NCBI GenBank assembly: GCA_965202585.1
Contig: OZ241833.1
Span: 29,822,001 to 29,886,000 of the forward strand
Source: Thalia democratica
Taxonomy: Eukaryota
DNA length: 64,000 bases
Direction: 5' to 3'
The position numbers and the translations under genes are program-made. The notes under the pieces were generated by a model. That model ran no database searches. It saw only the letters and a list, made by a program, of their open reading frames with translations, and was not told where the DNA came from. The stretch's first letter is position 1. The number at the start of each line of letters is the position of its first letter. This document shows, in pieces, positions 11,601 to 23,600 of the stretch.

Positions 11601-14600
11601 ATGTCAAAAAACTTAAAAAACGGAATAGGTCAATTAAAAGACCCTTTTTTAAGATATTTCAAATAAAATTATATTCTCAAACCAGATTAGCTAACATTTA
11701 AGTCAAAACTCATCTAGCATTTAGTTCTGACCAAGTTAGAACTTTTGTTTAACCAAGAGTACAGAATTCTACAAAACCACGCATTAACAAAAAAGTTAAA
11801 CAAAACAACATGATTTGTCCTTTTCGCCAGATAATTCGTCAATCTACATAAATAAAAGTAGACAAAACAAAATAACAATATTGTTTGGAAAAGACCACAG
11901 GTTTTTTAACACTTTCGTTTTAAACGCAGTTATTTTTGAAATCGTTTAATTTATAATAAAATTTTATCTAGATGACTCTACAGACCATCAAACCAAAGGC
12001 ACCAGTTGCCAACCAAAATCGTGTTGTTTAGAAACTTTTAATCCAATAAGAAATTAACTAAGACAACAAGTATTATTCAGACCACCATAATATTTTTGTT
12101 TGCATTATTAGTTATTTCATCAGCAAGGCTAATATTAAAGTGCATTTCGTACAATACGGAAATTTGGTTGATCTTTTTTTAGCTGGCAATTAAAATTCAG
12201 GCAACAAAAGAAGAACAAACTTGGGTTTTGTTTCTTTTGAAGCTTTTGAACTTTAAAAAAGGTGAAGTGCCAGAGAAATTTTTAGATGAGTAAAAACCGA
12301 TGAAATTATTGGAAGAGGAGGTAATTTTTGTAAGCTAAGAGGTGAAAATTTTTGACCTTGAGCTGTTCGCAAACAGTTGAGACATTAGCGTGGGATCTGT
12401 GGCACGAGAGCTGTACAGCGTGGTGCTGAATAGCAGATTGAGCAAAATCGGAACCGAGCTGGAGCTGCGAGGCTTCAAGGCCTGTGAGGAAGGCTGCCCG
12501 ATCAACGTGGCAGTCGTACAGGAGGCGATCCAATGTACGAGGATGCAAGGCGGGAAGAAGAAGAAGAAAATCTCGTACGCGTTCCTGGACGTTGCTGAGG
12601 CCCACGATTCGGCTGAACATATCAAGATCATTGAGACGTTGGCGCACAGGGGCGTGCCCCGATAACAGTCGCTAACCTGTACCAAAACAACAAGATCACT
12701 CTGCACAGTGGGGTGATGCACGTACGTCAGGGGGTCGTCCAGGGTCAACCGCTATCGCCGACGATCTTCAACCCAGTATTGGATCAGATCCTGTGGGACG
12801 CTCTCGCGGGATCGGATCATGATGGCGGGGGTTCGTCACAGGGACGCGCTCAGCTACACGGCGTACGCGGACGACATCGCGCTGTTCGCCGGTACGGGCC
12901 AGGAGCTGCAGCGCAAGATAGACCAATTGACCGCTTATACCAGCGATGTTCCGCACTAAAGCAGACACCCCGAAAATGGCCTCTGGGACGTCGCCAACAG
13001 GCTGAAGATTACAGTTTATGGAGAGCGGGTCGCCAACAACCATAACAAAGTAATAATAAAACACTTGCATAAAAATTTTATGTTAAAAAGAACCTCGTTG
13101 AGTGTTTTATTTTTAACAGCTAACATTATTAGTTCAAATTTAATTAATTTAGGAATTAATGGTTACAATCTGGACAGATTTTAAGATGAAAGGTTGTGAC
13201 AGACTTCGTGAAAGACTAAGATTTAAAAATTCAATACAGAAAGCAAATGAATAGGAATGTTAGGCTTGTTTGACGAAAGAGTATATCGAGCATTTCAAAA
13301 ATATCACAAAAACACAACACTCTCAAAAAAGTGCAAAACAACAAGATGGTGTCGACCATCTGAACTTCCCAATGGGAAAAATAGACCGCAACGACGAGAC
13401 GTCAAACTGCCTCCAGGGATCTGCAAGAAAAAAGCAGTGAACAAAACAAATTTAACTTCTTTTTTTTTTTATACTGTTGTTGAACATTTGAATTTTCTTG
13501 ATGTTGAATGAAAAATTTTTGATAGTAGCCAAAATCAAGATTGAATGTAAGTTTTTCGTGAAGTCTACAAATATAGTTTTGAAAAACTTAAACCACAGTT
13601 CAAAAAGACCGAGTAAGGTTACTTTGGAAGTTTTTACAATTATATGCACATTTGAAATTTGAACTGAAGGTAGGAAGGATTGTAGTTGTGAGCGAGCACC
13701 AGAAAATTTTTGAGCGTTGTGCAAAATATGAAGGTAAACGGCGTCTGACCATCTGATTTTTCCGATGGGGAAAATGGATCAAAATGACGAGGGAGACGTC
13801 AAGCAGATCGCCTTCAGGGAACTGCAAGAAACCGGTATAAAGTCGACAGATGATGAAATAAAAAACGCTACAGGTTCTTGGAGGTCGCACAACCGCTCAA
13901 AAACGTCAAATTTGGAAATAAATCAAGTCTGTATACTTTTACATAGTGGAAAACTTCAAGAGATATCAACTCAAGAGTTGATGACCAGTACTCTGAATAA
14001 AGAAAAATTTTTAAGATTGTTACACTTGTTTGATGAAGGAGTATGTCATGCATTTCGAAGAATGAGACAGGCCCAAGACCAGCAAGTCCGGAAAGTTCTT
14101 TAGGTCCGAAATGTCTTTTGATGCTGATTAAATTTTTATATACACATTGTTTAGGACGAGGACAAGAACAGTACAACGCGGGAAATTTTCAACACTAAAA
14201 TAGTAGATTTGTTGTCGTTTTATTTTTTTCAAAAATATAATTTTAAGTGTTGCCTTTTCGTGTTTAATTTTTCAATTAAGAGACGATGTAAGTAAAACCC
14301 TTATAAAAATCTAGTGGATATAAATACTATCTAGAAAAAATTATCTTGCAGAATCAGTTTATAACTTTTTTTTTCACTTTTCAGAAATAAAGAATTATCA
14401 GAAAAGATTACTCGGACCTCCTGAACATTGACGAATCCAAAAACATTTTAAGCGAAAAATTGAAATAATGGGGTTGAAAAAATATTTAAAAATGCATTTT
14501 AATATTTTTATTTAAAAAATTTGTCTTTTTCTAGAGAAAAATTAGCTGAACACACATTTGTGCAAAGCTGGTAGGACCGACTCTTTAAAATCAACCAGTT

Positions 14601-17600
14601 TTAATTTTTCTAGAATAAATAGAGAGGAAGTGGTCAAAAAAGTGTAAAAATGTTTAACTGCTGCCTAGGTGATGACAAAAACCTCTTTTTGTAATAAAAA
14701 CAGCAAAGAGATTCATGTCCATGTAAAATTTGGAAGCAAATAAGTGTGTATATTTCAAAACAACCGAAATGGTGGTCTCCGGCAATCAAACAGTGCATGG
14801 AAGATGGGTCCAATGGTAGATGTGCTTCAGAGGTACTACTGCCATTATTTAAAGCTGTGCGGGCAGATTGAGACAGAGCGGGCTGCGGCTGCCTTGCGCG
14901 CTAAGGAGACCGTCGGAGTCCAGAAGATGCTGCGGAATGGCGCATTCACGGATTTTAATGCACTTTGCACGAGTAAGATGCCATCAGATTGGTTCGAGCC
15001 CATGTTCAGTCTGTATGTCAGATGAGATTAGGTTGGGTTTCCGGCAGTGGCGGGTCCGACGAAGCGTGCGCCTTGTGCTTGTGTCCGCTTCTGAAGGGCG
15101 GTCTTCGTCCGACCCTCGACCGGTGCTGCTCCATGCAGAGGTTGCATCTCGGTTGCCTGCTCGTACATGCACACCGGTACGCCACCTGCCCCTGCTGCCA
15201 GAAGCCCTTCATCTAGCTAGGGTTTGCGATGATACACGAGGGGTGATTTGAACTCTTTGTGCAGAAAAAGCTAAAACACATACACGAATCAAAATCAAAG
15301 TTAGCTGCGAGCATTGAATAACGGAAAATCACCAAAAATGAAATGCGAACTAAAACACAAAATCAAAACACGCTAATATGCGTTAGAGTCCAGCACAAAT
15401 TGATGTTCTCGCCCTAATCTCTTCGTATTTTTCAGCATTAAATTATAAACATGTCAATATCCATGGATGCAAGGTGTAAGTCTGGTCGTCAACCGTTGAA
15501 TTTTCGATCCCGAGTCGATTGTTGTTCTGAGTATTGGCCTGTATGGCTGCGCAGGCTCGAGAGGCTGGTTCGCTCGGAGGGATTGAAGGTCTAGGCGATG
15601 TCGTATCGAGCGGGGATCGAGAATGATATAGACGGTTTCTAAAAGGTATTCAACATCGAAGTAGCTCTGAAGCGACGATTGAAGAGTGCCTTACGTGACG
15701 TCAACAAGATCAAGGATGTTACTCACTTGCCAGGGACTCTGGCCGACCTAGAAAATTTTGTAGGCACGGCGTCAAGTAAGAGCTGCTACTTGTTCTTTTG
15801 TTGTAAGCGCCGTTATGGTCTACGCTCCGAATTCGAACGTGAGTCTGGAGGCCGTTAATGGTCTTGCGAGCGAACCAGTTCCAGGGTCTGGGGTGCTGTC
15901 TGGTTCTACACCTAAGCAGTGAAACTTAGTTGTACCGAGCGTACGTATTTCAACACGTTGTTGATATTCGGATGCGCATGACGATTATCATGGTTGTACT
16001 TTGAAAGCTATTTGCGAGTTGCCATCAGGGAAAGTTGGCGCTGCCAGGCTATGCTTTCAAGAAGGGTCAAAAACTGGCATAGAATGCTTGATATCGTTTT
16101 TTTTTTTCAAAAGCAAATAAAAAAACTAATGAGCGTTGTTTTAGCTTAACAACTTTTAAAGTAGAGTTATTTTTTGAGTTGTTTGTTATTTAAATAGTTA
16201 AAGGAACAAGAGGTTAAGTTATGAGCAATTTTAAATGCAGACTATATTTAAAAACTTTTGTTTAACAGTCGCCTTTTAAAAACAAGAGGTAGAAGAGAAT
16301 TTAAGCAGAAAAACCGATGCCATACTGTTTCTATTATATATGCACCAATATTCCAATAGGGAAATCATTAGTCAATGGCTTGCTTTTAATCGTGGTATAA
16401 GTGAGTGTTTATTATCAGACTTGTTTAACTTAAAATTTTAAATTAAATTATAACTTATGGAAAAAAGTTGATTACATCTTTTAATTAAACTAGTTTTCTG
16501 TTTCAGGCTTGATTTTTCACGCATGCATAAAAAAAAGTTCACTTAAACTGAAGAAATCTTGACAGAGTCTTACTTATTTTTTACTATTGACATGTATACA
16601 AATATTTATCAGAGCTTAACGTTTTACTCAATACAAGTTTAATTTATCAACCCTCGACAATGCCAAGCTTAAAACCGTTCTTAACTCAAACGCTTCTGCT
16701 TAAAAATGCAGACAACCGAGTGAAATTTTCAACACACAATGCAACGGACGCACGCCGAGCTGAAATTTCAATGAATAATTCAAACGCAACTTGTTTGTTC
16801 AGCATTATACGCTTACCGTTGGTAAAATTTGCTTTGAAAAATTGTTTTCAGCATTTTACAATTGTTTTGTTGCTTGAACGAACTAGAATTTTCAAGCAAC
16901 TAACTTTTAAGAAAATTTACGTAGGTTAAAAATTGAGAAATACGTTTGGGTTGTCGAAAGTTTGTATGTGTGTATAAATTTTTTTTAAAAAGGGTGCATT
17001 ATTAATTACCTGAACTGTTTACAAAAACGTTTAAAAGCTATTTTTTCTTTTTAAAACTTACAACTTGTCTTTGCTGAAACAGTTTTTGCTTTACACTTAT
17101 TTAGTGACTTACACAATTTTCTTTAACAACCTTCAGATTGGATTTGCAATTGCTTATACTCACTCACTTATATTCATTTTCAAAATTTCAAAAACTTTAC
17201 TTTTAAGTTTAAGACTCCCTGTCGCTATCATTTTGAAAGCCCACTACTGTACAAACAAAATGCTTAATAACAACTGCATGGTTCATTACTTCTCTGATTC
17301 GCGTGCTATTCACTACTCTTAAAATTTATGCTTTACTTTCAACAACTTTTTGTGAGCCGTTGACGAACATCCACTAGTTTTTTATTTATTTAGACCAAGC
17401 AAGTACGTACTTTATAAGTTTAATTTCATAAGCTTTTTGTTTTAACTTTCAATTTTGTTTACTTTGTTTGATTTTAACTTCTAAGTTTAAACTATTAATG
17501 ACCACAGATGTGTTAAACGGCTTTATTTGTTAAGCTTTAAGTTTAAGCCATTATTTCTTTAATTAACCAATTTGAAAAAACTATTTAACTCTGATCGTGA

Positions 17601-20600
17601 ACTATTTTTGTCGCATTTTAGTAGATACTTATACAATTGTCTTAATACAGACATTTTTGGGTTCATTAGGAGAGTATTAATTATCTACCAACCATTTTAT
17701 TGCAATTTAAACCAGTTTTCTTAAGGTTCTTTAACTTAAAACTGGTTGTACTTGAAATAAAACGTTCTGATAAGAGAAAATTTATTGATAATCAACTGTT
17801 TAACTAACTATCTCTTCCTGGTGTTGGGTCTTCTCTTCTGCTGAGGTTTCACCTCTCCATTGTTCTCGCCGCCTTCCTGTTGGGGAGCAGCTTGTCCGTC
17901 AGCGTTGACAGCTTCACCCTTTGTGTTTATTTTTTGTGTAATTTTAAATTATTATTTATTGTAGTACTGGACTTAGTGAGTTTTTAAAGCTTTAGTAAAT
18001 ACTTATTTCGTGTCAAAAAATCATCTTAAACAAAAATTTGCTTTCTTTTATTTTAGTTTTTTTTTTTTTGAAAAATCACATATTTATTTAACAAAATTTA
18101 ATTAAAAAAAAATTAAAACAACAATGTTTAGAAGCTTGTGTAAACAGGCTTAAGTTTGTTTATCGTTTTGAGTTTTGCAATAAATTATTCTAAAGTTTAC
18201 TTTAGTTTTTCAATAGAAAACGATTTTTTCATCATTATTTATAAAACCAACATTCTGCTGTTGAGGCCTGGGCTTGCGGGGCCTGTTTCGGTTCCTGTTG
18301 TACCTCTTCTTAGGCTGCTGATCGCCGTTTTGCTGCTGGTTTTCACCTTCAGCTTGAGCCTCGCCGTTTTCCTTGCCTTCAACATTCTGTGAATTATAAC
18401 AATTAGTTTTTCTGAATCTAATCAATTTGGTTTGTGCCTTATCTTGACTCATCAACTGTTTAAAATTGAGATTCTTTGCTAGAAATATTATTCTAGTTGG
18501 ATATTTAATTTGCTTTTAATTTTACTGGCTTTCTAAATAGATATTTCTTATTTAATTTGAGGTTTTCTTTTGTTGAAAAAGCTTTTAATCAATTAAGATT
18601 CTTAATCATATTTTGAGGTTGGGTTTGTTAAATATCAACTTAAATTATCCTAATCATCAATAAAGATGCTTTTTCTTACTTACACTTTTTATTCCATAAT
18701 TCCAACTGACCTGAGACATTGGCCTCCTTCTCCTGAAGTTGCCCCTGAACCTCCTCTGTTGCCTCTGAGCCGGCTGCTGGTCTTGTTCGCCTCCTTGCTC
18801 GCCCTCCTGCTGGTTTTCACCTTGCGGCTGGCCTCTTGGCTGCCTCCTGTTGTACCTGCGCTGTTGGTTGTAGTCGGTCCTGCGGTCGGCGGCATACTTG
18901 GAACCTTGCACCGGCTCCCCGTTCGGACCTGTCACGTTCGCAGCCTCTGGCATGTCCTGTAAAAAATTGAGTTTTCAAATATTTATGTTAGTTTTGTTTT
19001 ATATGAACATTGTGTTTTAACAACTTTTGTTCACCCCGTTTTATTATTAATTGTAAAACATAATAGTTTCCTAGGTAATGGCAATTTCTTTTTTATCATG
19101 CAGCCTCTGGCATGTTCTGTAAATTAATTTTGAGATTTGTGTTCATGTAGACTATTTAATGCAACATCAATACTTTATTTGATATGTCAACTTTAAACTT
19201 TTTTCTTTCCGAAATTTAGATAAATTGAAACTTGAAATTTAATACTATACTATTTTATTTACACTTTATTGATTGTATAAATAAAGTTTGTCCAGATGTT
19301 AACTGTACATTGCTTTTTATTTCTAAATTTGCTTGCTTGAGCTTAAATCTATTATTGTTTGAGCCATGCCCAAGCAGCTAGTGAGACTCCGAAGTTTAAG
19401 CTTGAGTTCTGTATTGTAAGTTTTATCTGTTTATTTGAAATTTAAGTTCTTTATAAGTAACTGCTTAATGTGTTGAATTTACAATTGGATTTATCTAGTT
19501 TTTCATACGGTTTTAATTTGTTCAAACTCTTTTTAACAGCTTATAATGATTTTTTTTTGCTAACAACCTTTAACAAAGGATTTATTATGTTGGAAATTTT
19601 GATTCAACTTAAACCTGCTGATATTTTTGTTAGTTTTATTCACTACCTAAGCTTAACCTGATTTCTTGAACAGTTCCAGATAACATTAATAAATATTTAG
19701 GGTTTTTTAACTACATTTTACTAACTGTTTGTCCATGTCCTTAGGTGCTTTTTTATTGATTTATAAATCCACCATTTTCAAATTTATGCTGAAAACTAGG
19801 ATTATTTACACTAACTCATTCTATGTTTAATCTAGCATAATTTTGTAACTAATAATGTAGAACTATTAATAAAAGAATTTTTACTACATACTTTTTTATT
19901 TTTAAGACAACATTAGATATGTATCATTTTAAAATTATTATTATGTTTAGGGTTTAATATAACTTTGATAACCCTTTAAAATATTAAAATATTACAGACA
20001 TCCACTAATTCAAATTTAAAATGTCCAAGTATATTTTTTTTACATATATTTATAAATTAATTTATGTATTCCAATCGATCTGTTATTGAAAATGCAATTT
20101 AGATTAGACAAGCTGAATTGTTTACTCATTGTAGCGTAAAATTTGTTTTGATTGTTTACTTAGTCTACTATTTCACATGATAACAAATATTTTTAATTAT
20201 ATATCTTTTACATCATAACTTCGATTACAAACAACAACAACATTGTTTTTATAAAGTTAAGCTATTTGTCTTTGTTTTTCAAGATTTTATGTATACAATT
20301 TTACATTTAATCTTTTATTTCCATTTATTTTTACTAGTAATTTTTCTTTCATTTTGTTTAAATAACAAAGGCTAGAATATCATTCAAGGGTAGTAATTCA
20401 CATTTTCTATTCTATATTTTATATAAATAACTTAATTCTGAAATGTGAGCATTCAAACTTTTTGAGTTTTATAGGTATAGAAGACAAAAAAGAAAATTAT
20501 TAAATCTTTCAATATTTAACAATTTTGACTTATGTTTTTAAAACTTTTTGTTTTTAAATCTTTTTTTTTTAATTAAATAAAAAACTTACTTTTCTTTTTA

Positions 20601-23600
20601 AATTTCTTTTATATTCTTAAAACATTGTTTATACAGAACTTTCAAATTTCCAAAATTACTTTTCTTAAAAAATTGAGGTATCTGGGTGAAAAACATAGTT
20701 TATTACATTTAGTTAAATTTTTAGATCTAAATTTAAGTGCTACCCATAGGTTTTGATCATAAGGTCTTTGGCAAATTACTAGAAAGACCTTTGAAGTTTA
20801 GAAAATTTATAAAAACTGACTTGTAGTTCACACTTCTAAGATTTAATTTTTGAGATTTAAATTTTTTGAACTTACCCCTTGTGCCCTCAATATAAATAAC
20901 ACTTTCCTGCATCTTGTTAACATTTGAATTAATGCTCAGAGCTTGGTTAACTAACCTATGTATAGCCTTCAAAAACTGTATCACTTTTTTTTTTAATATT
21001 TGCCTCTAATTACAAATTTTGCAAAACAAACTTTGTTACCCATGACCATTTCATTTTAAATTATAACCAAGCTTAATATTTCAACTTTCTTTATAATTTC
21101 ACTTATTTTTTCAAAAAATTTTCCTGGTTTTCCAAATTTCTTCCAGGTTTTTAAAAGTACACATCTTTAGGTCTATTTTTAGTTTTAAGCTAATTTCTAT
21201 ATAAGAAACTGTGTTTAATAGTATAATAACATTGAAAAGAAACTGTTAAGTTACTTTTAATGTATTTTATAACAAAAAAATTTTGGATGATGATGACAAA
21301 AAAAATTTATTTGTATGATATATTTTGTGTCAAATTGAAATTTTACCACTGAAAATGTTTAAATTATTTAAAATTCCCAAGTTTTTCCAGGTTTTTTTTA
21401 AAATATCTCAAATTCCATGTTTTTCCAGGTTATTTTTGTCTTAATTGTGAAACTCAAGATTTCCCAGGTTTCCAGGTAAATTGGCAACCCTGTATACAAG
21501 ACTCACAACTTTTTATCAACTTTTACCTAGCTTTGGTAACTATGCCACTGTTTCTTCATCCTTAAATTAATTTATTTATCATACAAAGAAATCAAACCTT
21601 GTTACCCATGACCACGTCAAACTGGACCTTCTCACCGTCGGCCACAGATCTCAAGAACTTCTTGGGGTTGTTCCTGATGATGGCGGTCTGGTGGACAAAA
21701 ACGTCACTGTCTTCGTCGTCGCGGTGAATGAAGCCATAGCCATTGCGCACGTTGAACCACTTGACCTGGCCAGTCACTCCGGATGCTGAGATTTTTTAAT
21801 ACTTTTTATTATCTTTTTTATATAAATGTTATTTAAATATACCAGTAACTCCATAGGAAGTTTTTTTTTTTTCATTTCATATTTTCTTTAAATCACATAT
21901 TTATTTTATAATAAATATATATTTTATTAATATCCAGATGCTGTGTGAAATAAGATACATATTTTAATTAAAATTGTAAAAAACTGACATAAATTTATTT
22001 TTATTACTTAATTACTTTGTTATATCAATTATGTTCAAGTTGCAACACTTCAGACATAAATAAAAATATTAAAAATAGAATTTAATTTAGTTTGAATTTT
22101 ATACTCTAGCAAACTTCTATGTTTTATTGATTTAACCTATACAAATTGGTAAAATAATTGCATATCATTTTTATCAAATTATTTTTACTGTATTTGTGGT
22201 AATTATTATTTCATCAAACCTTAATGCTACTTAATATTTTTTTTTGATACCAAATTTAACTTTCTTTTAAATACTATACTATTGTTTATCTACTTAAACA
22301 ACATTTGGATTAATTTATTTTACTTTTTTTAAGTTGTCAATTATACACTATTCAATTTTTATTTACTACTTTTTTACTCTCATTACATTTATTTAAAATG
22401 CTATCAATATTTTTTTTTTGAAGTTATTGATGAAAAAATTCTAATGCATTCAGTATTATCTTTGATGTTCTGAACTTATTAAATCATACTTCAACTACGA
22501 ACCATTTTCACTACTATTCACGAAATTTGAGCATTTTATTTTAATTACTTGTGGAATATTTTAGTGGCTTTAACTTACAGGTACAACACAATTTTTTGTA
22601 TTTATACTGTTTTGAGTTTTTACTTATAACTACTAACTTAAATTGATTTGTTGAGAGGAATTTATACTATAAAATTTGGGATAATATTGAAAACTGTGAG
22701 GCTTTTTTTTCATTTAATTGTTTTCAACTCAGTTAGCTAGAAAAGTCTTGCATAGATCAACTATTTAATTCAATTAAAGTCTGTGTGAATTTAAATGCAC
22801 ACATCCTAAACTAGCTTTTTTAATAGAAAACTTATTTAATTTTTATATGAAGAATCAATTCACCTTATCTGTTTAACTTAACTTTTCTACTTAAACTAAA
22901 AGAACTTTTTTTTTCTTTTTCTTTTCAATAAATTCTGACTAGTTTATTTTCCATTAAGCATTCAAATTTACTTAGATTTGTTTCTTAAGATTTTTATCTG
23001 GTCAACATCTTTGGTTGTAAGTATGGCTCAGTATGATTTAAATATGCTACTTGTCATTTTATTTATTTTGTCTATAAATTTATTTTTTCTATTTAATAGA
23101 AAAACTTTATTTTGAACCAAGATATTAGACTTTACTAAAGTGATATATATATATATATATATATATTATATGGCACATACTTTAACTTAAATTTTAGAAA
23201 CTTCTTTTTACAAATAAGTTGGAGCTCAGGTTTTATTTTTAATCTTTATCAAAAAAACTTTTAGTAAAGCTTGGAGTTAAGTTAATTGTAAAAACATACA
23301 TATTGAATATATACAATTTTATGTTCTTTAAAATTGTTAAAAACTAACTTATATTTTATCATAAATGAAACTATTATTCAAGGCCACAAAGAAAAAAATT
23401 TAGCCTTATTTTTAGCATTTTTAATAAAATGCCAGTGCTTCTACAGTTTAATTTATTTAAACCTACTTTTTGATCTATGCAATCTAATTTTAAATTTCAA
23501 AATTTCCTTCTTGAGATACAAACTAGAAAAAGGCTTACTATTTATTTATTATATCATTAAAACTCCATCTCCTAAGCTTTTTAAGTGTTTTCTCAACTTT

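Noticed and set aside
14755-14800. [12 protein letters not shown] resembling a LINE linker motif
   Set aside because: Too short, with no flanking endonuclease or RT sequence in frame.
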